This document shows positions 38,030 to 50,311 of a stretch of DNA of 64,000 bases, piece by piece (position 1 is the stretch's first letter; every line of letters begins with the position of its first letter). The translations under genes and the position numbers were made by a program. Source of the DNA: Malacoraja senta (lineage: Eukaryota); contig CM075989.1 in the NCBI GenBank assembly GCA_038087875.1, positions 1,736,001 to 1,800,000 of the forward strand, written 5' to 3'. The notes below the pieces were generated by a model. The model ran no database searches and was not told where the DNA came from. It saw only the letters and a program-made list of their open reading frames with translations.

Positions 38030-39032
38030 TACACACTCACACTCACATACACACTCACACTCACATACACACTCACATACACATTCACACACACATACAT
38101 ACACTCACACTCACATACACACTCACATACACATTCACACACACATACACTCACACTCACATACACACTAACACACAGACACACACATACACACTCACAT
38201 TCACACTGACTCACACACCAAATATATGACAGTAAACTTTCTTGAATCTACTCACATGGCTGAGCGTGGCCTCTCCGCTGTGGGGCTTCCGCAGTCAGCG
38301 GCATTTCCACAATCAGCTCCACCTCTGCACTCACCGGAAATGACGCAATCGGCACGACCTGTCCACTAAGCGGAAGTCACGAAATGAGCGAGACTTTTGG
38401 ACTAAACACAGTCGGATCTAATAAAGCATTTATTCCTTCCAAACACAGTCGGATCTAATAAAGCATTTATTTCTTCCAAACACAGTTGGACATAATAAAG
38501 CATTGCAGTTTTAATCACAGACAGGGCAGCAGGCCAAACAACTCATGGCATTGTCATTTCATTTAATTTCCAATTAAGCATTGCACTTTCAAGCACAGGC
38601 AGGACAGCAGGCCAAACAACTCATGGCATTGTCATTAAGGGCTAACAAATCATTTATTGCAAGTACATTGCAGACTCACAGTTCAGTTGATTCACAGCTT
38701 AGAATGACATTCGTGGCCTCTCCCTCGCGACCTTGCACAATGACTGACTCACGTCCAGGTATCTGGGGTTTTATAGTCCTGCCCCCCCCCCCCAGGAAGT
38801 GGCGTTACCTTCATCGCGGTGATTGACAGGCAGAGGACCAATCAGCTGATCTCAAGGCTATTTAAACACTCATAACTTTTTTATTTTTCATCAATGGGAA
38901 AAATCCTCGGGGCTGGCTCAGCGGGGGAGGACTGTGAGTAAGATGGCCAAAAATCACAGCGATACAGGGTAGTGTTTTTTCTAAAATCAATATACAGCGC
39001 AGTCAGGAATATGAGACTTTTAATTATATAGA
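37527..39032 (-). mobile_element. Non-autonomous Helitron inserted in a CR1 fragment
   Basis: Minus strand starts TCTATAT and ends with hairpin TGGGACCC-AAC-GGGTCCCA then CTAA (CTRR); A|T target, no TSD. Confidence 0.8.
37614..38220. repeat. Compound (CA)n/(CACT)/(CATA) microsatellite inside the Helitron
   Basis: Directly visible. Confidence 0.97.
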
Positions 39033-39059
39033 TGAGGGGCAATTGATTTACTCAGAGAG

Positions 39060-39630
39060 TCATAGAGACACTAAGTGATACACCGGCCAACATGTCCCAT
39101 CTACACTAGTCCCACCTGCCAGCGTTTCGTCCATATCCCTCCAAACCTGTCCTATCAATGTAACCGTCTAACTGTTTCTTAAATGTTGGGATAGTCCCTG
39201 CCTCATCTACCTCCTCTGGCAGCTTGTTCCATACACCCGCCACCCTTTGTGTGTAAACGTTACATCTCAGATTCCTATTAAATCTTTTCCCCTTCACCTG
39301 AAACCTATGTCCTCTGGTCCTCGATTCACCTACTCTGGGCAAGAGACTCTGTGCTAGAGACCCGATCTATTCCTCTCATGATTTTACACACCTCTATAAG
39401 ATCACACCTCATCCTCCAGCGCTCCAAGGAATAGTCCCAACCTACTCAACCTCTCCTTATAACTCAGACCCTCTAGTCCTGGCAACATCCTCAAAATTCT
39501 TCTCTTTACCCTTTTCAGTTTGACATCTTTCCTATAACATGGTACCCAGAACTGAACATAATAGTCTAAATGTGGCCTCACCAAGGACTTACACAACAGG
39601 ACCATGACCTCCCAACTTCTATACTCAAAA
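39060..39630 (-). mobile_element. CR1 LINE 3' fragment
   Basis: LVRPHLDYYVQFW, TRGH, QRVAGVWNKLP. Confidence 0.88.
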
Positions 39631-39799
39631 GTGGTGGGTATAACAGCATTTAAAGGACACTTGGACAGGTACATGCATAGTAAAGATTTAGCGGGATAGT
39701 GGTCAAACATGGGCAAGTGGGATGAGCTTGGACAGGACATCTTGTTCAACATATGTATAACACAGCAAAGTTGAACATCTATGTTCAACAGATGTATAA

Positions 39800-41752
39800 C
39801 ACAGCAAAGAGTAGCCGGTAACCAGAGGATTGGGAAACTTTCATAGGACAACAGAAGGAAACAAAACGGGCAATACGGGTTGAAAAGATGAAGTACGAGG
39901 GGAAGCTGGCCAGGAATATAAAGAAGGACAGTAAAAGCTTCTTTAAATATGTTAAGGGAAAAAGAATAGCAAAGTCAAATGTGGGTCCCTTGAAGGCAGA
40001 CACGGGTGAAATTATTATGGGGAACAAGGAAATGGCAGAAGAGTTGAACAGGTACTTCGGATCTGTCTTCACTAAGGAAGACACAAACAATCTCCCAGAT
40101 GAACTGGAGGACAGAGGATCTAAGGGGGTCGAGGAACTGAAATAAATTTTCATTTGGCGAGAAATAGTATTGGGTAGGCTAATGGGACTGAAGGATCATA
40201 AATCCCCTGGGCCTGATGGTCTGCATCCCAGTGACCTCAGTGAGGTGGCTCTAGAAATAGTGGATGCATTGGTGATTATTTTCCAATGTTCAATAGATTC
40301 AGGATCAGTTCCTGTGGATTGGAGGATAGCTAATGTTATCCCACTTTTCAAGAAAAGAGCGAGAGAGAAAATGGGGAATTACAGACCAGTTAGCCTGACT
40401 TCGGTGGTGGGAAAGATGCTGGAGTCATTTATTAAAGAGGTAATAATGGGGCATTTGGATACCAGTAAAAGGATTAGTCGAAGTCAACATGGATTTATGA
40501 AAGGGAAATCATGCTTGACTAATCTTCTGGAATTTTTGAGGATGTGACAAGTAAAATGGATGAAGGGGTGCCAGTGGATGTAGTGTTTCTAGACTTTCAG
40601 AAAGCCTTTGATAATGTCCCGCACGGGAGACTGGTGACTAAAATTAGAGCACATGGTATTGGGGGTAGGGTGTTGACGTGGATAGATAATTGGTTGGCAG
40701 ACAGGAAGCAAAGAGTATGAAGTGAACGGGTCCTTTTCAGAATGGCAGGCAATGGCGAGTGGAGTGTTTACCATATATATTAATGATTTTGATGAGGGAA
40801 TTAGGAGCAACACTCGCAAGTTGCGGATGACACAAAGCTGGGTGGTCAGCGTGAAGTGTGAAGAGGATGTTAGGAGGTTGCAGGGTGACCTGGACAGGTT
40901 GAGTGAGTGGGTAGATGCGTGGCAGATGCAGTATAATATAGATAAATGTGAGGTTATCCACTTTGGCGGCAAAAACAAGGGGGCAGATTATTATCTCAAT
41001 GGGGTTAGGTTAGGTAAGGGGGGAGGTACAGCGAGACCTGGGTGTCCTTGTACACCAGTCACTGAAAGTTGGCGTGCAGGTATAGCAGGCAGTGAAGAAA
41101 GCTAATGGAATGTTGGCCTTCATAACAAAAGGATTTCAGTATAGGAGTAAAGAGGTTCTTCTGCAGTTGTACGGGGCTCTGGTAAGACCACATCTGGAGT
41201 ATTGTGTACAGTTTTGGTCTCCTAATTTGAGGAAGGACATCCTTGTGATTGAGGCAGTGCAGCGTAGGTTCATGAGATTGATCCCTGGGATGGCGGGACT
41301 GTCATGTGAGGAAAGATTGAAAAGACTAGGCTCATATTCACTGGAGTTTAGAAGGATGAGGGGGAATCTTATAGAAACATATAAAATTATTGAAGGACTG
41401 GACAAGCTAGATGCAGGAAAAATGTTCCAATGTTGGGCGAATCAGAACCAGGGGCCACAGTCTTAGAATAAAGGGGAGGCCATTTAAGATTGAGGTGAGA
41501 AAAAACTTTTTTCACCGAGAGTTGTGAATTTGTGGAATTCCCTGCCACAGAGGGCAGTGGAGGGCCAAATCACTGGATGGATTTAAGAGAGAGTTAGATA
41601 GAGCTCTAGGGGCTAGTGGGATCAAGGGAAATGGGGAGAAGGCTGGCACGGGTTATTGATTGGGGACGATCAGCCATGATCACAATGAATGGCGGTGCTG
41701 GCTCGAAGGGCCGAATGGCCTCCTCCTGCACCTGTTTTCTATGTTTCTATGT
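39800..41752 (+). mobile_element. 5'-truncated CR1 LINE (RT region, disrupted)
   Basis: KSPGPDGLHP, NYRPVSLTS, QHGF.KGKSCLTNL, LDFQKAFD, LVRPHLEYCVQFW; (TTTCTATG)n tail. Confidence 0.93.
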
Positions 41753-42275
41753 AATATGTACCAGTTGAGCCAAAGACCTTGTTTCTGTGCTGTACGACCA
41801 CCTTTCCATGACTAGCAAATATGAAGTAACAGGAGGCTATTAAAACTCCCTCCTTTTCTCGTCCACTGGTTGAAATGATCACACATAATCCATTCGCTAC
41901 CTCCTGTGAGACACAGTGGTGCAGCTAGAAGAACTGCTGCCTCACAGCACCAGAGAACTGGTTCAATCCCTGATACTTGTCCATACAAGGTCTCCATGGA
42001 AAACACATTCTTTCTTCACTCTCGTCAAATAGAAACTGCCAGTGTAGATTATGCAGGTCGTCTTGAGATTCTTAATTGCCGATTAATTACCGTTGTGGAA
42101 TATTAAGAAAATAATTTATCCAGAATTAATGAGTTCACATTTTCCGCACTAAATTAAACCCAACATCAATAAACTGGCATGCACTGAAGGTACCTCTCAC
42201 AGAAGAGGAAGCTGACTGGTTCAATTTTGCCAGCACTTGCATATGTAACAGCAACATGCTCGGATTTAACTAAAC

Positions 42276-42502
42276 GTGTAGGAAAGAACTGCAGATGTTG
42301 GTTTAAACCGAAGACAGACACAAAACGCTAGAGTAACTCAGCAGGTCAGGCAGCATCTCTGGAGAGAAGGAATAGGTGACGTTTCAGGTCGAGACCCTTC
42401 TTTAGACTGGAAATGTCTCAACCCAAAACGTCACCTCTTCCTTCTCTCCAGAGATGCTGCCTGACCCACTGAGTTACTCCAGCTCTTTGTGTCTAACTTC
42501 GG
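42276..42502. repeat. Inverted pair of PLE tails (hairpin)
   Basis: GAGTAACTCAG...GGTGACGTTT arm vs AAACGTCACC...CTGAGTTACTC arm. Confidence 0.85.
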
Positions 42503-42752
42503 ACTTAACTAATGTCACTCCAGAGGCTGTTGGTTGGTGGTTGAAATGTCCTCTCTGCTCATTCTTCCCACTGAGGGTATTTAGCATAGAATGGGACTGC
42601 AATGTTTAGTTCCTCAGCACATTGGAGCATTTGAAAGTCAGTAGCAAGCCCTCTAATACTCCAGCAGAAGTTATCATTAACATTGTTAATGATGGTTATC
42701 ATATGAACATGATAAGTATTTAACTACTTCTGTTATCTCCTTCTGTTACTAT

Positions 42753-43050
42753 GGCACAGTGGTGCAGCGGTAGAGTTACTTCCTTACAGCACCAGAGACC
42801 CAGGTTCAATCCTGACTACGGGTGTTGTCTGTGTGGAGTTTGTATGTTCTCCCCATGGCCTGCATCGGTTTTCTCCGGGTGCTCCGGTTTCCTCCTACAC
42901 TCCTAAGACTTGCAGGTTTGTTGGTTAATTGGCTTCAATAAATTATCCATAAGGTGTAGGCTAGAAAATATGTGTGATCATTGGTCGGCACAGACTTGGT
43001 GGGCCGACAGTCCTGGCTCCACGCTCTATCTCTGAAAGTAAAACTAAAAC
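42753..43050 (+). mobile_element. HE1-like V-SINE
   Basis: A/B boxes, GTGCTCCGGTTTCCTCC core. Confidence 0.88.
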
Positions 43051-43332
43051 ATAAGGTGGGCTGGAGTTGTGGTGAGCTGGTCCATTTGAAGGCCTGTTGT
43101 TTTTTATTCATTTTTTAAAATCTGGGCATCATTGTCTGGTCACATTTATTGCCCATCACAAATTGCCCCTCAGAAAGCGGTGGCATGGATCTTTATGAAT
43201 TCCTGCAGTCTTTCTAGTGAAGGCAATTCACGGATATTATTGCATGGAGAGATCTCGGATTAGACTAGGTGGTGCTGAAAGGACAGTGATATCTTTCCAC
43301 GTCAGGGTTGTGAATAGCTCAGAGGGGAACAC

Positions 43333-43670
43333 TCACCCTGGCAACTCCCTCCTCTCTCCTCCCGCGTCGACCAAAAAGTACACAAGTGTATAAACGCACA
43401 CCACCACATTCAGGGACAGCTGTTATCAGCCAACTGAATCATTCTACCACAACTAGAGAGCTAAACTACTATCTACTCATTGGTGACACTCAAACTATCT
43501 TTGATTAGACTTGAATGGCTTTATCTTGCACTAAGCCTTATTCCCTTATCATGTATCTGTACACTGTAAATGGCTCGATTGTAATCATGTATTGTCTTTC
43601 CACTGACTGGATAGCACGCAACAAAAGCTTTTCGCTGTACATGTGACAATAAACTAAACTGAACTGAAAC
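43333..43670 (+). mobile_element. Rex1/Babar LINE 3' fragment
   Basis: HPGNSL...KY.S..THTTTFRDS-like C-terminus; ATGTGACAATAAAC plus (TRAAC)n tail. Confidence 0.65.
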
Positions 43671-43954
43671 CGAACGTTATGTTCTACCATGTGCCTGATG
43701 TCCATGTCCATCTTGATGATAGAGGTCCTGATGGAAAGGACTGTCAGAAAAGCCCCAGTCATAATTGCAGTGCATTTAGTCCATGGTATCCTGGCAACCA
43801 CTGTGTACCAGTGGTGGAGCATTGAATGTTTAGCATGGGGTATGGGTTGTCAATCAAGTACGTTGCTTCATGCTGGATGGTGACAAGAATGTTGTTGGAG
43901 ATGTAACATCCAGATCAATGGAGAGTATTCCATCACCCTCCCGACTTTCTTTGA

Positions 43955-44345
43955 TTGGTTTTCTCCTGGTGCTCCGGTTTCCTTCCACACTCCAAAGACT
44001 TGCAGGTTTGTAGGTTAATTGGCTTCAATAAATTGTCCCTAAGGTGTAATGAGGACTATATGTGTGATCATTGGTCGGCACAGATGATGAACCAGGCCCG
44101 ACGGCCCACCAAGTCTGTGCCGCCCAATGATCACACGTACACTAGTTCTATCCTGCACCTTATGGACAATTTATTGAAGCCAATTAACCTATAAACTTGC
44201 AAGTCTTTGGTGTGTGGGAGGAATCCGGAGCACCCGGAGAAAACCAACGCAGGTCATGGGGAGAACGTACAAACTCCACACAGACAGTACCCGTAGTCAG
44301 GATTGAACCCGATTCTCCGTTGCTGTAAGGAAGCAGCTATATCGT
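43955..44345. mobile_element. Tail-to-tail inverted HE1-like SINE pair
   Basis: Plus-strand partial copy 43955-44083; minus-strand copy 44095-44345. Confidence 0.85.
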
Positions 44346-44939
44346 TCTACAGTGAAATTATTTGTTTTGCATAGAATACACCAAAGTATGCGATGTGTGG
44401 GGCTCAGAGAGAGTTACAAAGTGTTCAACGTTGTCCCCAATGGCCCCTCTTCATTCTCGGCTCCCCCCCATCCCAGGTCCTTCTTTGTCCTCGACTGACC
44501 GTCGGAACCCACGCGGGTCCATCCGACCTCCGGCACCCACCACAGGCCCGTTGTGGGTGGTGGAAAGGCAATGTATTGCTCATCATTGGCAACCTGATCT
44601 TGTGGCCACAGCATTTACGCCATGGGCCCAGAAGCGTTTCCCTGGGAGATTTCTGTGGGGACTCAGCAGTGATGCTGTGGACGAGTGTCGTACAGAGCTG
44701 ACAAACTCTCTCCTGCTGGGATAGAACAAGCCCAGCACCTTTGTGCTTGAATGTTACTTGAGGCTTATCCGGTCAGGTCTGCAGTTTGCTGTTGACCTTT
44801 CAGTCTGTTTCATCTGCTGAAGCGTTGTGTCTGAACCAACACGGTGCATCCAGCAAACATCCCCTCTGGTGATGGAAGGAAAGTGATCAATGAAGCAACT
44901 GAAGCAACTCGATATCCCGTAGCTGGGCTCTTGCTCCCT

Positions 44940-45800
44940 CTCCCACAGTCACAACGACAGAGCCCCTCTAGTCCGCACTTTTCACCCCACCAACCGTCGC
45001 ATACAACACATAATCCTCCGACATTTTCGCCACCTCCAACAGGACCCCACCATTAGCCACATCTTCCCATCACCACCCCTTTCCGTTTTCCGCAGAGACT
45101 GTTCCCTCCGCAACTCCCTGATGAACTTATCCCTTCCCACCCTTCCCACCCCCTCCCCAGTTAGCTTCCCCTGCAACCGCAGGTGATGCATTATACCTCC
45201 TCCCTCGACTCCATCCAAGGACCCCGACAGTCCTTTCAGGTGAGGCAGAGGTTGACTTGCACCTTTTCCAACCTCATCTACTGTATCGCTGTTCCAGGTG
45301 TGGACTCCTATATATCGGCAAGACCAAGCGCAGGCTCAGTGTTCAATTCGCTGAACACCTTCGCTCAGTCCGCCTATGCTAAGCGATCTCCAGGTACACT
45401 TTAACTCCCCCTCCCATTCCCACACTGACCATTCTGTCCTGGGTCTCCTCCCTTGTCAGAGTGAGGCCCAGTGCAAATTGGAGGAGCAGCATCCCAATGG
45501 GCAGCTTACACCCCAGTCTTGATTAATCTAACTTCAGGTAACCCTTGCTTTCCCTCTCTCTCTGTCCCTCCCCTACCCAAGTTCTCCAACTAGTTTCAGT
45601 CCCCGTGATTAATTTTACTGATTGTATGCATCATTGTCACCTTCCCCTTGATCAACGTCTGCTTTGACCTGTCATTTTCACACCTTACCCTTCCATATCT
45701 CTAGTCTCCCTCTCCCCTGACTCTCAGTCTGAAGAACTGTCACCCATTCCTTCTCTCCAGAGATGCTGCCTATCCCGCTGAGTTACTCCAGCATTTTCTG
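44940..45800 (+). mobile_element. Degenerate 5'-truncated PLE
   Basis: Homologous to 31830-32447 plus 3'UTR. Confidence 0.85.
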
Positions 45801-46049
45801 CATATCCACAAATCTCTTAAATGCCACAATCGTACCTGCCTCTACCACCACCCTCTGGCAACACATTCCAGCAACCCACCACCCTCTGTGTGAAGAGGCT
45901 CTGGTCAGGAAAAAGGAGGAGTATGTCAGAGTTAGGCAGACAGGATCAAACAAATCACACCATGAGTATATGAAGTGCAGGATTACACAAGAAATCAATC
46001 AGGAAGGCAAAGTAAGGACTCAAAATGGAGCTGGCAGGCTAAGTGTAGG

Positions 46050-46470
46050 GAACGTGAACTATGGTGAGTGTTTGATGGCACTGGGCCTGTACTGGCTGGA
46101 GTTTAGAAGGATGAGGGGACCTCATTGAAACTTATCGAATCGTGAAAGGCCTGGTGTTTCCACTAGTGGAAGAGTCTAGGACCAGAGGGCACAGCCACAG
46201 AATAAAAGGATGTAACTTTATAAAGGAGATAAGGAGGAATTTCTTTAGTCAGAGAGTGGTGAATGTTGAATTCATTGCACAGAAGGCTGTGGAGACCAAG
46301 TCAATGGGTATTTTTAAGGCGGAGATTAACAGGTTCTTAGTATGGGTGTCAATGAATATGCGGAGAAGGCAGGAGAATGGGGTTGAGAGGGGTAGAGATT
46401 AGACATGATTGAATGAAGAAGACTTGATGGGCCCAATAGCCTAATTCTGCTATGATTTAGGAATTTATGA
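46050..46470 (+). mobile_element. CR1 LINE 3' fragment
   Basis: LGLYWLEFRRMRG, SRTRGHS, NFFSQRVV. Confidence 0.85.
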
Positions 46471-46524
46471 AAACCCCAAGAGATTCTACAGGTATATTAA
46501 TCTGTTCAGTGCCACTTCTGAGTA

Positions 46525-46820
46525 AACAGTGGTAGACTTGCTGCCTCACATCCCCGGGTTCGATCCTGACTACAGTTGCTGTCTGTATGGAGTTTGTACA
46601 TTCTCCCTGTGACCACATGGGTTTTCTCCAAGATCTTCAGTTTCCTTCCCACACTTCAAAGACGTACAGGTTTGAAGGATAATTGGCTTGGTATAAATGT
46701 AAATTGTCCCTAGTTGTGTAGGATAGTGTTAGTCTTGGGGGATCGCTGGCCGGCGTGGACTCGGTAGGCTGAAGGGCCTGTTTCTGCATTGTATCTCTAA
46801 ACAAAACTACACAAAACAAA
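46525..46820 (+). mobile_element. HE1-like V-SINE
   Basis: B box, core and CR1-like tail. Confidence 0.85.
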
Positions 46821-47516
46821 ACCCACCTTCTCTTGCAGCTTCTGGCTGTAAAACTGGTCATCACTCACTGTAGCAATGTTCAACTCTGCTCAAAGTTCAA
46901 TGAATGCAAGTTTTCCAGATTTTGTTTAATAGCAGAAACATTGAGTTTAGTTATTAGTCTGGGATACTAACGCCATCAACATCAAACACTTTCATGTACC
47001 TATATCTCTGTCCCACAGCCACATGTATTGAGTTTATTCTGATGTGTTCCAAATTGGTCCAGTCAGTGAAATTTCCTTTTGCAACTGGGTGATCGATGAC
47101 ATCTAATCTGAAACAGATCCAGTCTCTCACACAAGTCTTCTCACTGTTATGAAAATTCATCAAAAGAAAGATTTAAGAATTTTTCATTGAGCCAGATAAT
47201 CTAGATTTAAGGTTTGCCTTGAATAGGGATCAAAGGTAGTTACATTTTGACTTTGTCATTATAAACTGTTTAAACCAATAAATAAAACAGAACAAAAGTC
47301 CACACTGATGCACACATGCACGTTGAAAGTGACAGCAGTGATTCATGATTTAATATAAAGCCGATCTAGAGACGGATTTGTTTCAACTCTGCCTTTTCAA
47401 ATCGTTGCCTTAATTGTTGAAAATCAAAAAAAACTGTACCCATTGCAAATCTGAAATAAAGCCAGAAAATGCTTCAAACATTCAGCATTCTGGAAAGAGA
47501 AAACCAGTTAACCTGT

Positions 47517-48008
47517 GGCGACCTAATTGGCGAGTTTAGAAGAGTTTAGTAGAGTTTGAAAAAAGTGTCATGTTGAAGACCTCCTTCAGCTGTGTTGAAG
47601 ACTAGCTACGACTAGCTTCGGGAAAATTGGACACCAAATAGTGGAGAGTGAAGACGACTTACTTCCATTTCCTTCGACCTCCCTTCTACTATGTTGAAGA
47701 CTATCTACGACTACCTTCGACTACCCTCGATTACCTATGTATAACATGCCGACCTACTGCGACCTACCTCAACTAAACCTACGAGTAAAAAAAATATAGA
47801 TTTTTTCAATGGCGACCTTTTTTTACTCGCGGGCATTTTTCAGCATGTTGAAAAATACGCCGCGACCTACCTGAGGCCTCGAGTACACGGGGACTACTCT
47901 CAAGCATGAAGGAGAGTTACAAAGACCTCCTAGACCTCGTGTTAGCCATGCTGCGAGTATGAGTCGAGGGCAAACTCGCCAGAACTCGCGGATTAGGGAC
48001 AGCCCCTT
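47517..48008. mobile_element. Probable Harbinger-type MITE remnant
   Basis: CCTAATTGGCGAGTT vs AACTCGCGGATTAGG subterminal inverted match; right terminus GGGACAGCCCCT followed by TTA; internal CGAC(C/T)A repeats. Confidence 0.5.
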
Positions 48009-48094
48009 TAGCAATTCATGCCAGAGACATTGGGTAGTAAGGTCCTTACTAAAGTCATGAAGTTGATAGTCTCAGTGCTTTGAACTGTACTTTG

Positions 48095-48380
48095 GGTGGC
48101 ACAGTGGCGCAGCAGTAGAGTTGCTGCCTCACAGCGTCACACCGGGTTCGATCCTGACTACGGGTGCTGTCTGTACGGAGTTTGTACGTTCTTCCCGTGA
48201 CCACGTGGGTTTAACCCCGGGTGCTCCGGTTTCCTCCCATGCTCGAAAAAAGAACAGGTTTGTAGGCTAATTGGTTTGGTAAAATTGAAAATTGCTATAG
48301 TGTTGGTGTGCGGGGATCACTTGTCAGCATGGTCTCGGTGGGCAGAAGGGCCTGTTTCCACGCTGTATCTTTAAACTAAG
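48095..48380 (+). mobile_element. HE1-like V-SINE
   Basis: A/B boxes, V core, tail. Confidence 0.88.
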
Positions 48381-49024
48381 AGGTGGAAGATTCAGGCAGA
48401 TTTCCCATTGGTGATCACTGAATCCCAAGCGATCAGATTGGTGGTGGGGGGAGGGGGGGGGGAGGATTTGGGCAGCTGTGCCATGGCCATAGCACAGAGA
48501 ACAGTACAGCACAGGAACAGGCCCTTCAGCCCACAATGTCTGTGCCGGATATGCTGGAGTAACGCAGTGGGTCAGGCAGCATCTCCGGAGGACATGGATA
48601 GGTGACATTTTGGGTCAGAACTGATTGTAATAAGGGGAAGAAAACTGAAAAAGTGAAGTGCATGTGGGTCCATGCCTGGCAAGTGATAGGTGGATACAGG
48701 TGAGGGGGGGGGGAGGGGGGGGGTTATTGGCAGATGGGAGGACGAGGGGCAGAGATGAAAAGGAAACAGAGGCTGATGAGGAGAGAAGAGGAGGATTTTG
48801 TGAATCCAGATGAGGGATTATAGGTGGAAAGGACAGGGGGAAATGGGGCTGGGATAGTGATAGATAGGAGAGGGGAAGAGTAGTGGGGGTTGTTGGGGTG
48901 GGTAGGTTTCAGGTAGGTAGGTTGAATTCACTGTTCATACTGTTAGTTGTAAACATGGAGTGTTCAATAACACAAATTGCCCTCTGTAGTCAACTGTATA
49001 CAGTCAATCAGTAAATTATATCCT

Positions 49025-49610
49025 TGCCAACCGGGGGAGCTCGGAGAAAAGATGGGGGAAGAGCCATGGGGGAGAGGGAGGTATCACGGGGGAGGGGGCA
49101 GGAGCCAGCGAGGGGAACCAGAGGGGAAAGGAGTGCAGCTGTGGGGCGTTGCGATGGCAGTGCGTTTGGGACTCACAGCGAGCGCTGGATGCTTTCCGCC
49201 ACTGGGATCAGACTCTCCGCTTTCCATTTGTCGACATTGCCGCGCTGCTGGGATGCTGGGCTGCTGGGGGTCCCTCCACTTTCCTCAGCTCCAGTAAAGA
49301 CGCGATGGCGCAGGAAGGGGCGGACCGTCCAGGGGAGTGACAGGGGAAGAGACTAATCCGCGCTCCGCTGGAAGGCAGGAGAAGAGATCGATCTGCGCAC
49401 GTGCGGTTTTTAAGATTTTTAAACCTCGCTAACTTTGACAACATTCAATCTATCGGAACAAAACTTGGTGGACTCGCAGCACAGGAGAACGGTGTGTGAA
49501 CTGGCGAAAAGTCATAGCGCTATCGCGAACTGTTTTTGCGCAAATAGAATGACCGCCAAACTAGCAGATAACAAGATCAGAGTTTTAGTTATGTATAGAA
49601 GATAGATAGA
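49025..49610 (-). mobile_element. Non-autonomous Helitron 5' fragment
   Basis: Minus-strand start TCTAT...TCTATACATAACTAAAACTCT resembles the 5' end of the element at 39032; 3' hairpin not found. Confidence 0.5.
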
Positions 49611-49858
49611 TGAGGAAAAACGTTTTCACCCAGAGAGCTGTGAATCTGTGGAACTCTCTGCCACAGAAGGCAGTGGAGGCCAATTCACTGGATGTTTTCA
49701 AGAGAGAGTTAGATAGAGCTCTTTGGGCTAACGGAATCAAGGGATATGGGGAGAAAGCAGGATCGGGGTACTGATTTTGGATGATCAGACATGATCAGAT
49801 TGAATGGTTCGAAGGGCTGAATGGACTACTCCTGCACCTATTTTCTATGTTTCTATGT
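49611..49858 (+). mobile_element. CR1 LINE 3' end
   Basis: Matches 41495-41752. Confidence 0.88.
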
Positions 49859-50120
49859 TGATACATTCCCAAGCTTTCAATGTGTTCCTACACAGCAGAA
49901 ACCCGTAGCTTGGAAGGCCTCACCACTTGCCCTGCACTGTGTACAGGAGAGCCCAGAGACTGTAGCGTTGTGGCTGCTCAGGACATGTTCTCTGAAATCC
50001 CCAGACTGATTGTAGACTTTTTGATGCAAATCCCAGCAATGAAATGACACCTGGAGTGGTGAAAAGGACGGTGAGAGGGCCGCTGACATTGAGGGAAGCC
50101 AGCCTCAGGAACCCCTCAGA

Positions 50121-50191
50121 CCAGGTGGTTCAGGTACCCAGGTGGTTCAGGTACCCAGGTGGTTGAGGTACCCAGGTGGTTGAGGTACCCA
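50121..50191. repeat. 17-bp tandem repeat, 4 copies (CCAGGTGGTTSAGGTAC)
   Basis: Directly visible. Confidence 0.95.
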
Positions 50192-50311
50192 GTGCGTGGA
50201 AATCACTTACATCTTGTGCCTTTTTAAATCATTTGAGTTGTAAACCATAATTATTACCAACTCACCTACATTTAGCCAATATCCCTCTAAACCTGTTCTA
50301 TCCATGTATCT

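Noticed and set aside
37536..38229. His/Thr-rich ORFs of more than 200 aa
   Set aside because: Translation artefact of the CA-rich microsatellite; open in all three plus frames
46954..47163. Actin-related protein call from HPVAKGNFTDW..LEHI
   Set aside because: Resemblance to actin YPIEHG..TNWDDMEKI is short and does not continue; left unnamed
50121..50191. 17-bp repeats as an array system
   Set aside because: Simple head-to-tail minisatellite without spacers or associated genes
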